From the NCBI RefSeq assembly GCF_002087085.1, contig NZ_MWQY01000002.1:1-64000 (forward strand): a stretch of DNA of 64,000 bases. Reading direction: 5' to 3'. Made by a program: the position numbers and the translations under genes. Shown in pieces: positions 49,569 to 58,836 of the stretch; within the stretch, counting starts at the first letter, position 1; each line of letters begins with the position of its first letter. The notes beneath the pieces are model-generated. The model saw nothing but the letters and a program-made list of their open reading frames with translations, did no database searches and had not been told where the DNA came from.

Positions 49569-50416
49569 TATAATTTATCCTCCAAAGCAAGATTGTGTAT
49601 AATGACTTCTTCATAACGGCCTCGATGATTAGACTTAGCTGCTATAGTACTTGGTCGAGTTACAGTCTCGATACTAAAAAATGAACTATAGAGGTCGACA
49701 ACTTGAGGATGATTCGCATTTGTGGCAACAACAACTGCCCCTCGCTTAGCAGCACTAATCAGTGCTATTGAGAGTCGAACTTGATCCTCCCAGGAAAAAA
49801 GCACCTCGTTATATTTTAAAAAGCCATTATTATTGTGACTGACAGTATACGGAGGATCAGCAAAGATGAAGTCCCCCTTCCCTGCTTTATGGATAGGCTC
49901 TTCAAAATCGCAAACTTTTAGTTCAGCATTAGCTAAGAGTTCTGCCCACAAGACAAAATCATCACTAGGAAGAACCACCGCAGTCTTAGTTCCCATCGGA
50001 ACATTGAACCTACCCTGACGGTTAACTCGATAGATTCCATTAAAGCAGGTTCGATTCAGATAAAGCATGCGAACAGCTTTATCCATTTTTGCTCCTGGGC
50101 TCTGCCCTCGATACTGATAATAGAAAAGTCTAGAGTGTTGGCTATGTAAAACCTCAAGGCGCTTTTGTAGTTCATGGGGATGTTGGCGTATCTGAAAATA
50201 TAGATTAATCAGCTCTTCATTCGTATCACTAAGTAAAGCCCTCTTCGGTTCAACCGCCGCGAATGCTGCTCCCCCCCCAAGAAAGGGCTCGATATATTTT
50301 CCAGAGAAACGGTATCTGAAAAACTCAGGATGGGATTGAATTAGCCAACGTTTACCACCGGCCCATTTAAGAAAAGGTTGTAATTGTTTTTTTTGTGAAG
50401 AGACAATCTTATTCAA
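49568..50416 (-). CDS. Dam-family (D12 class) N6-adenine DNA methyltransferase
   Basis: PFLKWAGGK, YIEPFLGGGA, YLNRTCFNGIYRVN, FADPPY; TTG start; TAATG overlap with the ATPase. Confidence 0.92.
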   Translation of the reverse strand: MNKIVSSQKKQLQPFLKWAGGKRWLIQSHPEFFRYRFSGKYIEPFLGGGAAFAAVEPKRALLSDTNEELINLYFQIRQHPHELQKRLEVLHSQHSRLFYYQYRGQSPGAKMDKAVRMLYLNRTCFNGIYRVNRQGRFNVPMGTKTAVVLPSDDFVLWAELLANAELKVCDFEEPIHKAGKGDFIFADPPYTVSHNNNGFLKYNEVLFSWEDQVRLSIALISAAKRGAVVVATNANHPQVVDLYSSFFSIETVTRPSTIAAKSNHRGRYEEVIIHNLALEDKL

Positions 50417-50429
50417 ACACTGATCCTCA

Positions 50430-50936
50430 TTATCTCGGCTCTGTTTCTTTAACTGGACTCATCTTATAGCGCTTATCATTAATCCTCGCAGAGGTAAATG
50501 AGTATTCTATTTTCATCTGAACAATTGGATCAGAGAGCATGTTATCACTATTCACTTCGACTATGAGAAAAGCCCCATCTTTCTTATGAATAGAGAAGTC
50601 AGAATAATAACTTCTTAGATCATGCCTCTCAGGAACTATATAGCTTATCTTGAAATTAGATTGTCTAATAATCAGCATCCTGGTATACCTCACTTTTTCA
50701 ACATCAGCGTGGCTAAAGTGATGTTTTGAAGTATTAGTCCAGCACTGGCTATGAGTCGAAGCATTATTACTCCATATGACAACTTTACTTTTTTGCTGCT
50801 GAATATTCTGGTTCACATTTTTCTTCCCTACCCCTATCTTTCCATGTACAATAAAAAGCCAGAGCTCGGAGTGGTAAGACATTCTAAGTTTTGTCTGATA
50901 CTTACTACAGACCTTGAATCCAGAATCAGTTTTCAC
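50430..50936 (-). pseudogene. Decayed C-terminal fragment of a type III-like restriction endonuclease subunit
   Basis: RSYYSDF...LIVEVNSDN resembles the YYPDF...IVEVKGD PD-(D/E)xK motif with P>S and K>N changes; no helicase part upstream. Recognition is from memory of the family. Confidence 0.55.
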
Positions 50937-51345
50937 CTAATTTAAACCATTATAATATGTACTCATAATCAGATTACCACATATTTGGAGTAAATGTAAT
51001 TAACTTTTTAACCTCTAAAAAAGACTATCATTCTTCACACCCATCCAAGAATCTCCTCCAAGACCTGCCAGCAATACATTCCCTTGGACTCGTTTGCCAT
51101 AACCATCTTTTAAATTATATTAAAAACGCTATGGTCACATTCATGAAAAATTGGTATTACCAAATCTTCAGCTTAATAGCCTTATATCTACAGTAATCAT
51201 AACCAAAAATGTTAATGATTTGACCAAGATTTTCAGGAACTGCCGGGTTAGTATTCGTCATATTTCACTTTATAATATTAACTCATGGCATTACAGGTAC
51301 CTTCTGGGAACACCAAAAAAACTTGGGAACTTAACTGAGGCTAAA

Positions 51346-51437
51346 GGGCTTCCGGCGCTTGTTCTCGGTGCCCGCTCTCGCGGTCACCTGCCACAAGCTT
51401 GGGCTTGCAAACCGCTTCGCGGTTCGCTGGGCCCAGC
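51346..51437. repeat. Structured repeat, copy B
   Basis: Direct repeat of 45797-45890 with compensatory stem changes; GGGCTTCCGGCG recurs at 51480. Confidence 0.8.
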
Positions 51438-51492
51438 ACTCCAAACCACACTTCATCAAAAAGAATAGGGCTTTTTATCGGGCTTCCGGCGA

Positions 51493-52530
51493 TTATTCGC
51501 TGCGCTCCTTGTCCAATGCCTTCTGCATGAGCACTGCGCCCAGGATCAGTATGCCTTTGATCAGGTCATTTACAAAGGCCGGGACACTGAAGGCGGAGAG
51601 GATCGCGTCGATGGCATAGAGAATCACGGCGCCGAAGAAGCTGCCCTGAATATGGCCCCTGCCGCCGGACATGGCGATTCCCCCGATGGCCACGGCGGCG
51701 ATTACATCCAGCTCGAACATCTTTCCGGCGGTGGATACATCCACGGATCCGAAGCGGGTTATGTAGAGGAACCCGGCAATACCGGTAAGGACTCCCGTCA
51801 GGGTGAATATGGCGACTTTTACCAACCGTACATTGATTCCCGTCAGCCGGGCGGCCCGCTCATTGGATCCCACGGCATATACGTACCGTCCGAATTTCGT
51901 CTTGGTCATCAGGAACCAGACAGCTATACTTACCAGGATAAACAATATGACCAGATACGGTACCGGCCCGAGTTTTCCGTAACCGATGGGACGGAGCAGC
52001 TTGAAGTAGGCATCGTTATCCACTATCAGCGGTCCTCCGTGGCCGAACTGGATCGTAATGGACCGGTATCCCACAAGGGTGGCCAGGGTTACGATAAAAG
52101 CGGCGACCCTCGCGACACCTATAAAAAATCCGTTGAAAAGGCCAAGAACAAATCCCATGAAAACGGCAGCAATCAGGGAAAGAAAAATACTGGTGGTGGA
52201 ATTAAAAACGACAACCCCGATGGATGCCGACAGGGCAAGCATCGACCCGACGGAGAGGTCAATATTACCGGAAAGGATCACCATGGACATCCCCAGAGCG
52301 ATTATTCCGATAAAGACCGAGGACTTCAGAAGGTTCATCAGGCTTGCCACCGTCAGAAACTGGTCACTGGCGATACGTCCGATTATAAGCAGCAGAATAA
52401 GGGACAATATGTAGTTGTGATCGATCAGGAGTTTTTTGAAAAAGGCGATCAGTTTTTCCTTTACCCCTGCACTCTCAGTCGCCTGAATAATTCCGGTTCC
52501 TCCGGTTGTGCCGTCTTTCTTACTGTTCAT
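51493..52530 (-). CDS. Sugar ABC transporter permease (RbsC-like)
   Basis: IDLSVGS, FIVTLA, GSNERAARLTGI, ELDVIAAVAIGG. Confidence 0.93.
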   Translation of the reverse strand: MNSKKDGTTGGTGIIQATESAGVKEKLIAFFKKLLIDHNYILSLILLLIIGRIASDQFLTVASLMNLLKSSVFIGIIALGMSMVILSGNIDLSVGSMLALSASIGVVVFNSTTSIFLSLIAAVFMGFVLGLFNGFFIGVARVAAFIVTLATLVGYRSITIQFGHGGPLIVDNDAYFKLLRPIGYGKLGPVPYLVILFILVSIAVWFLMTKTKFGRYVYAVGSNERAARLTGINVRLVKVAIFTLTGVLTGIAGFLYITRFGSVDVSTAGKMFELDVIAAVAIGGIAMSGGRGHIQGSFFGAVILYAIDAILSAFSVPAFVNDLIKGILILGAVLMQKALDKERSE

Positions 52531-52533
52531 AGC

Positions 52534-54033
52534 TCAGCTTACCTTCTTGTTTGATCCTGTTGCGTAATACATGATGTCAATCTCGTTTATCTCGTCCCGG
52601 GAGAACTCTTTATTGACTTCACCCTTGTACATGACCAGGCAGCGGTCGGCGATGCGGTGTATTTCGGGATACTCGGAGCTGAAAACGATCACGCTCTTGC
52701 CATCCTCCGCCAGTCGTGTAATGAGCTGGTATATCTCGAACTTGGCCCCCACATCGATTCCCTGGGTGGGGTTGTCCAGGATATAGACCTCCGAATCCAG
52801 GCCGAACCAGCGGGAGAATACAACCTTCTGCTGGTTTCCTCCGCTCAAGGAGGTTATGGGATGATCGGGGTCCGCGGCCTTGATATTGGTAATGCGCCTG
52901 TTCTCTTCAAAACGCCTGCGCTCTTCCCGGTCGCTGATGCAGAAACCTTTCTTTTTACTGGTAAAATAGGCCATGGAAAGATTGTCTTTTATTGAAAGGT
53001 CCTTCAGTATTGAGCGTTCCTTCCGGTTGCGGGGCACCATGGAGACACCTGATTTGATGACCTTCAATATGGGGGCGGACTGGATTTCCTTTCCCTTCAA
53101 TCTGATCGTTCCGGAGCTCACCTTCCGTGCACCGAAGAGGCACTCGCTCAGTTCTCCCCGGCCGTCACCGAAGAGACCGGTTATGGCCAGGATCTCTCCT
53201 TTTTTCAGGGAAAAATTCACATTGCGGAAGTGATCATTGCAGCCGAGATCCTCGACCTCCAGGACAACAGTATCCTCCTGAACGGTGTTGGACTTTTCGA
53301 CAACCTCATGAACCAGGCTGCGTCCAACCAGCATTTCTGTAGCCTGCTGCTCATCAATGTCTGCGATATTCCCGGTAGCGACAAATTTTCCGTCCCGCAG
53401 TACTGTATAGCGGTCACAGATTGCAAAGATTTCGGGCATTTTATGGGAGATGTAGATGCAGCTTATACCGTGATCTTTAAGGCCCCGCATTATCTCGAAG
53501 AGGTTCTCTATCTCCTCGTTGGTAAGGGCGGTGGTCGGTTCATCCATGATGATCAGCCGGCACTCGAAAAGAAGCGCCCGGGCTATCTCCACAAGCTGCT
53601 TGCGGGAGGTATCCAGATCACGCACATAGTCCTGGGGGTTAATGTCCAGTTTCATTGTGTGCAGAATTTTCCGGGACCGTTTTATCATCTCCCGCTTGTT
53701 CAGAAGGACTCCGCCGTGCAGGAGTTCGTTATGGAGAAACAGGTTCTCGTACACCTGCAGGTCATTGACCAGGTTCAGCTCCTGGTGAATAAAGCGTATG
53801 CCTAAATGAGAGGCCCGTATCGGGGTCAGGTGAGAATGGTCCTCCCCGTCAATCAGAATGCTCCCGGAATCCTGCCGCAGGATTCCTCCCAGCACATTCA
53901 TCAGGGTTGATTTGCCTGCGCCGTTTTCTCCCAGAAGCCCGTGGATCTCGGAATCCCCCACGGCAAGGGAGACATCCTGAACCGCCTTGACGGCATCGAA
54001 ACTCTTGTAAATCTTCTTCATCTCCAGATGCAT
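52534..54033 (-). CDS. Sugar ABC transporter ATP-binding protein (RbsA-like, two NBDs)
   Basis: GENGAGKST, MDEPT, ISHK, LSGGNQQKV, PTQGIDVGAK. Confidence 0.94.
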   Translation of the reverse strand: MHLEMKKIYKSFDAVKAVQDVSLAVGDSEIHGLLGENGAGKSTLMNVLGGILRQDSGSILIDGEDHSHLTPIRASHLGIRFIHQELNLVNDLQVYENLFLHNELLHGGVLLNKREMIKRSRKILHTMKLDINPQDYVRDLDTSRKQLVEIARALLFECRLIIMDEPTTALTNEEIENLFEIMRGLKDHGISCIYISHKMPEIFAICDRYTVLRDGKFVATGNIADIDEQQATEMLVGRSLVHEVVEKSNTVQEDTVVLEVEDLGCNDHFRNVNFSLKKGEILAITGLFGDGRGELSECLFGARKVSSGTIRLKGKEIQSAPILKVIKSGVSMVPRNRKERSILKDLSIKDNLSMAYFTSKKKGFCISDREERRRFEENRRITNIKAADPDHPITSLSGGNQQKVVFSRWFGLDSEVYILDNPTQGIDVGAKFEIYQLITRLAEDGKSVIVFSSEYPEIHRIADRCLVMYKGEVNKEFSRDEINEIDIMYYATGSNKKVS

Positions 54034-54065
54034 GGAACGTCCCTTAATCGCAAAGCAGAATTGTA

Positions 54066-54090
54066 GGGCCGGCAGACTGCCTGCCGGCCT
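54066..54090 (-). terminator. Stem-loop after the binding-protein gene
   Basis: GGCCGGCAG-ACTGC-CTGCCGGCC. Confidence 0.5.
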
Positions 54091-54107
54091 TTATTCAGAT
54101 TTTTTTA

Positions 54108-55115
54108 TTAATAGAATGAATAGCGAAGGCTGTATACAGGTCCCTTCATGAATTCCTTGTAATTACTGTTGTCCACCATTTCTGTGGGAACAAGGTGCAT
54201 GCCGGAAACGTCCTTCCCTTCCAGAACATCGATTCCCAGCTCGATGGCGTCTACGACCATGGCAGGAGAGAAGGAGAAGGTTACAATGTCGATCCCCTGG
54301 GCTTTGTAGTGATCATATACCGCCAGCAGTTCCCGGGGGGCACTTACGGCAGATACCAGTTTGATGTTGAGATCGGCATTTCCGTCGTAGCCTTCCAGGG
54401 CTGCAAGAAGACCAAAGGCCACATCCGCATCATGGTTGAATATAGCCTGGATGCTCTCTACCTCTTCCCGGGTACTGGAATTCAGGAAGGTTTCAAGCTG
54501 CGTCTGAGCGGTGTCCTTGCTCCAGTTGGTTACGTAATCGTTGACCCGGACAAAGTTGGGGTCCGCGGTCTTCCAGAATCCATCAGAACGCTGCTTGGGA
54601 ACACTGGAGTTGTCTCCCTTGAATTCCAGGATATTGACCTTGCCCTGTGCAAGCTCATCCTTGAAGTACTCGTTGAAGTAGCGGCCGGAATCCTCACCGA
54701 TGGTAAAATTGTCTCCCATGAGTTCGGCGGTCTCATCAAAATCGCTGATCAGCCGGTCGTAAATAATGAGGGGAATACCTTCATCAACAATCGTCTGGGC
54801 AGCTGCCTTGAGCTCATCACCGTTATGGGGCCACAGTACGACTACGTCAACGCCCTGGGCGACAACGGTATCGATCTGGTTGGCCTGCTCTACAACGTCA
54901 TCGGAAACCAGGAAAATATGATTGAAACCCTTGGCTTCGGCCAGTTCTTTGGTGGCATGTTCGGCATGCTTGATGCTCTCTCCCAGGAATCCGTGGTCGG
55001 CACTGGGCATTATTACCGCCAGGGTTTTTGCCCCGTCGTCCTTCTGTCCCCCGGCATAGATTACCGAGATGCCGGCCATGGCGAAAACCAACATGAACAC
55101 AATCAGCTTCTTCAC
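54108..55115 (-). CDS. Sugar ABC transporter substrate-binding protein
   Basis: Signal peptide, IPLIIYDR, GDN, QRSDGF; RbsB-like; GTG start. Confidence 0.88.
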   Translation of the reverse strand: MKKLIVFMLVFAMAGISVIYAGGQKDDGAKTLAVIMPSADHGFLGESIKHAEHATKELAEAKGFNHIFLVSDDVVEQANQIDTVVAQGVDVVVLWPHNGDELKAAAQTIVDEGIPLIIYDRLISDFDETAELMGDNFTIGEDSGRYFNEYFKDELAQGKVNILEFKGDNSSVPKQRSDGFWKTADPNFVRVNDYVTNWSKDTAQTQLETFLNSSTREEVESIQAIFNHDADVAFGLLAALEGYDGNADLNIKLVSAVSAPRELLAVYDHYKAQGIDIVTFSFSPAMVVDAIELGIDVLEGKDVSGMHLVPTEMVDNSNYKEFMKGPVYSLRYSFY

Positions 55116-55170
55116 TCTTTGCTCCTTTTAGAATTCCCATGGAATTCTTATTGTATTTTTTCAGCCCCTC

Positions 55171-56304
55171 TCAGGCTGTAAGATCCCGTATTTCAACAAG
55201 CGGCAGCTTCTTTGCAGACGGCACGGTTAATGCAGTCTGGCCCGGGTAGCTGTAGCCGGTTCCGGAGGCAAGGGGCCAGATCATCGGCCTTATAAAAGAG
55301 AGGCAGGCAGAAAAACCCTGCTCTATGGCGCCGTCGTTTTCCGTGCCCTTTGAGTTCAGTCCCTCGTTCTCTATGGAGAAGACCCCTTCAAAATTATTCT
55401 GCATCAGGTAGTCTATAAAGCTTCGCCAGTCCATGGAGTCAGAGCCGCCGAAACCAGGGACCATGGGTTCATAGGAAAAGCGGTCCCACTCGTTCAGAGG
55501 AAGCGGAACTCCGGCGGCGTCTGCCAATTCCTTTGCAACCAGCTGCTTTCCGAAAACGTTGCCCCAGTGAATGGACGCAGCATCCTTTTTCATACGAGTC
55601 GCTTTCAGATGCACCGATTTTATTCTCCCCATATCGCTGTGCCTGAGCACATCCACGGGGTCCACGAACTGCCAGACATCGTGGCTGGGATCGTAGGTCT
55701 CGCCGTGGGCCCTGGACGGGATAAGCTCGTACATCAGCTTTCTTGCCGCCAGGGTGGAAGGCAGGTTGTTCATGGTGCTCGTGAATCCTGCGGAGCACCA
55801 GCCTTCCATGGGGCAGTTTTCGTAGACCACTGTTACCCCCAGGTCTTCGGCATAGCTGATAACAGGGGCAAAAATGCGCCGGTACTCCCGCAGGTTCTTC
55901 TCGAAGGACCCCTCCTCGAGGTCCCATTCGTGGTTGTATCCGACGAAGGTCCCGACGGTAATTCCGTTTTCGTCTCCCCCCAGAAGGGCAGCCATCCTGA
56001 TCAGCTTGAGCAGGTGGTTCTGGTTTTTTATCCTCTCCGCTTCATCTCCGCCGATCAGGTTTTCGAAGGCCCCGATGGAGAAGCGGAGTCCCTTTTCGTT
56101 AAAGGAGTCTACAATCTGTTTCGCCCTCCCGGAATCGAAATTCTCGTAATCCAGGTGGGTTGCCACGTGGTCGACCCTGGTTCCGTCCCGCCGGAAAACA
56201 CAGAGTTCCAGCCCCTGGACTCCGATTCTCACAGCCCTCTGCATAAGCTCTTCCAGAGACAGCTTGGGATACGCGGAGCTCATGATCCATACCGGATTGT
56301 TCAT
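55171..56304 (-). CDS. Sugar-phosphate isomerase/epimerase (xylose-isomerase-like TIM barrel)
   Basis: YENCPMEGW, YDPSH, VHLK, SIENE metal-binding motifs; ATGA overlap with the Gfo gene. Confidence 0.82.
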   Translation of the reverse strand: MNNPVWIMSSAYPKLSLEELMQRAVRIGVQGLELCVFRRDGTRVDHVATHLDYENFDSGRAKQIVDSFNEKGLRFSIGAFENLIGGDEAERIKNQNHLLKLIRMAALLGGDENGITVGTFVGYNHEWDLEEGSFEKNLREYRRIFAPVISYAEDLGVTVVYENCPMEGWCSAGFTSTMNNLPSTLAARKLMYELIPSRAHGETYDPSHDVWQFVDPVDVLRHSDMGRIKSVHLKATRMKKDAASIHWGNVFGKQLVAKELADAAGVPLPLNEWDRFSYEPMVPGFGGSDSMDWRSFIDYLMQNNFEGVFSIENEGLNSKGTENDGAIEQGFSACLSFIRPMIWPLASGTGYSYPGQTALTVPSAKKLPLVEIRDLTA

Positions 56305-57467
56305 ACACCCACCTCCATCCATTCACCTGTTTCGGCGCTCTTGATTATCGCTTCGCACAGGAGCATCTCGGCGAGTCCGTCCTGCAGGGTGGGATAATCA
56401 GACGCTCCGCCTTCCACACTGCGTCCCAGCACATCAGAATAAAAATCCCGGAGAATAAACTTCAGGGTGTCCCCGTAGCCCTCCTGGTGCCCTCCGGGGT
56501 AGGCTGACATTGAAGCTGCCCTGGAATGTAGAAGACCCGGGTCCTTCATCAGTATCTCGTTAGCCTGGTCCCGGTGACCGATTTTTATCCTGTTGGGGGC
56601 TTCGGAGTTCCAGGAGTAGGATACGTCCCGCCCCATCTGCCGGTATTCCATAAAGTTTTTGTAGCCTGCGCTTACCTGGCTCACCGTCAGGTTGCCCAGA
56701 ACGCCTCCTTCAAAGGAGAGGAGGATCTGAGCGTGATCCTCTGTGTCCACCGGATAGCTTGTATAGTCCGAGGGCTTCTTTTCCCCTCCCCGATCGAAGG
56801 TGTGGTCCCTGCCTCCCGCAGATTTCCTGCGGGTTTCGAACATGCGTCCGAACTGGGCCAGCACTTTCTCTATCTTGAGGCCCGTAACATACTGGGCCAG
56901 ATCCATCCAGTGGGTGCCGATATCTGCAACCGCCCGGGTTTTTCCGCTGAGCTTCGATTCCATGCGCCAGCTGTAATCGGTCTCGTGGAGCAGCCAGTCC
57001 TGCAGATAGGACCCCTGGAGGGCAAAGATCCGCCCGTCAGGGCTCTTCGAGTTTCGGCTTTTTATCTCCTGGATCATCGGGTAGTAACGAAGATTGTAGT
57101 TTACCGCGGCCTTCAGGTTCTTTGCTTCCGCAAGCCGGAGCAGATCCCGGGCCTCTGCCGAGGTCATGGCCAGGGGTTTTTCACACAGCACATGCTTGCC
57201 GTTTTCGAGGCAGTCTTTGGCCATGGGATAGTGCAGATAGTTCGGGGTACAGATGTGAACCAGATCGACATCCTCCCGGGCAATGACATCCCTGTAATCC
57301 CCGGAGTAAAAGGGAACATTCAGCCTGGCCGCAGCTTCTCCGGCAGCCTCTTCAGAACTCCCCGCAATGGCCGTCAGTTCCGCAAGGCCAGGATTTCTTC
57401 GTACAGCCTCAGCATGAACCGGACCGATAAAGCCGGTACCAATAACAGCAACCCGTAATCTTTCCAT
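56301..57467 (-). CDS. Gfo/Idh/MocA-family oxidoreductase
   Basis: GTGFIG, HVLCEKP, YLQDW, DIGTHWMD. Confidence 0.92.
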   Translation of the reverse strand: MERLRVAVIGTGFIGPVHAEAVRRNPGLAELTAIAGSSEEAAGEAAARLNVPFYSGDYRDVIAREDVDLVHICTPNYLHYPMAKDCLENGKHVLCEKPLAMTSAEARDLLRLAEAKNLKAAVNYNLRYYPMIQEIKSRNSKSPDGRIFALQGSYLQDWLLHETDYSWRMESKLSGKTRAVADIGTHWMDLAQYVTGLKIEKVLAQFGRMFETRRKSAGGRDHTFDRGGEKKPSDYTSYPVDTEDHAQILLSFEGGVLGNLTVSQVSAGYKNFMEYRQMGRDVSYSWNSEAPNRIKIGHRDQANEILMKDPGLLHSRAASMSAYPGGHQEGYGDTLKFILRDFYSDVLGRSVEGGASDYPTLQDGLAEMLLCEAIIKSAETGEWMEVGV

Positions 57468-57595
57468 TTAAGTGCATTCCTCGTCGTTATCTTTACCGAT
57501 TCTACACCTCATTGTCTTATATGTCAACTTTTATGTTTTATTATAGTACTTACTTGTTTGGTTATAGATTGTTGATTTTTTTCAGGGGAAGGAAT

Positions 57596-58834
57596 ATGAT
57601 TCAGACACAGATGAATCATAAAGAGCTGATAACGCCCAACACTACAGCCCAGATATACAATATTATCCGCAGCAACGGCGAAATAAACAGAATGGACATA
57701 ACGCGGCTCAGCGGGGTCTCAAAGTCCACAATATCACTCCAGATAAACAAGCTTATCAAGCTCGGCCTGATAGAAGAAAAGACTCCCCCCGACAGCAGCC
57801 AGCGCAAGTTGAAGCTGCAGATCCGGGGAGACCTCGGGTTCGTAGCAGGGGTGTTCCTGGGCATCACCAAGCTCAGCATCATCATCTTCAACCTGGACCT
57901 GAGAATCGAGTGCGAAAAGGTCCACTACTTTGATTCCATAAGCGATCCGGAAGAATGCAACCGACAGATCATTCAGCAGCTGAAAGATCTCTGCAGGGAC
58001 AATGGAATCGAGCGACTCTGGGGAATCGGCATAGGCTTTCCCTTTCCCGTCAATTTCCGGGACGGAAAGCCCGACTCTCCGCCGAATGTTCCGCTGTGGC
58101 ACGATTATCCCCTGCGACGCATCTACGAAAAGGAGTTCGGCTGTCCCGTCCTGATCGATAACGACGTAAACGTCATGGCCCTGGGAGAAGGACATAAAGG
58201 CTGCACCACCGAAGAATCGGATTTTCTCTTTGTAAAAGTGGGTACGGGAATAGGAGCCGGCCTGATTGTGGACGGCAAGATATACCGGGGGGCCAAGGGC
58301 TGCGCCGGAGACATAGGACACATCGAGGTGGACGGCAGTAATGTCCGCTGCCACTGCGGAAACAAGGGCTGCCTCGAGGCGGTGGCCGGAGGAAAAGCCC
58401 TGGCAGCCAGAGCCACGGAAATCGCCGCAAAGAACGAGAGTCCCTACCTGAAGGAGCTGCTGACACGGAATCAGCAACTCAGTGCGATGGATATAAACAA
58501 CGGCGCCATTGCCGGAGACCTCTCCTGCATTCAGCTGATAAAAGAAGCCGGGACGGTTATTGGAAGTGTCCTGGCCAAGCTGGTCAGTTTTTTCAACCCC
58601 TCCTCCATTGTGATCGGCGGCGGATTATCGGCCTTCGGAAACCTTTTTGTCGGCGCAATGCGGGAAGCCGTAATCCGGCGCTCCCTCCACCTTGCAACCT
58701 TTGAACTGAATGTGTGCATTTCCGAACTGAAGGACAAATCCGGCCCCACCGGGGCGGGGACCCTCATAATTGATCATATCTTCTCGTCCCAGGAGTTTAC
58801 CAGTACCATAAAAAGAAACCTCAGGGCTGGATAA
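57596..58834 (+). CDS. ROK-family transcriptional repressor
   Basis: N-terminal HTH, DNDVN, GTGIGAG, GDIGH, CHCGNKGCLE. Confidence 0.92.
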   Translation: MIQTQMNHKELITPNTTAQIYNIIRSNGEINRMDITRLSGVSKSTISLQINKLIKLGLIEEKTPPDSSQRKLKLQIRGDLGFVAGVFLGITKLSIIIFNLDLRIECEKVHYFDSISDPEECNRQIIQQLKDLCRDNGIERLWGIGIGFPFPVNFRDGKPDSPPNVPLWHDYPLRRIYEKEFGCPVLIDNDVNVMALGEGHKGCTTEESDFLFVKVGTGIGAGLIVDGKIYRGAKGCAGDIGHIEVDGSNVRCHCGNKGCLEAVAGGKALAARATEIAAKNESPYLKELLTRNQQLSAMDINNGAIAGDLSCIQLIKEAGTVIGSVLAKLVSFFNPSSIVIGGGLSAFGNLFVGAMREAVIRRSLHLATFELNVCISELKDKSGPTGAGTLIIDHIFSSQEFTSTIKRNLRAG

Positions 58835-58836
58835 AA

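Larger units (their letters stand above)
46000..51340. mobile_element. AT-rich horizontally acquired island next to tRNA-Pro (no integrase seen)
   Basis: Spot counts give 24-26 GC per 60 nt in two island lines versus 37 per 60 in a flanking gene line; defence-type gene content; boundaries approximate. Confidence 0.7.

Noticed and set aside
45684..51490. Classical tRNA-integrated element with attL/attR
   Set aside because: No integrase and no duplicated tRNA 3' end seen in the window.
51151..51619. Short ORFs over repeat copy B
   Set aside because: No motifs or RBS; they cross the structured repeat, and one overlaps the permease 3' end.
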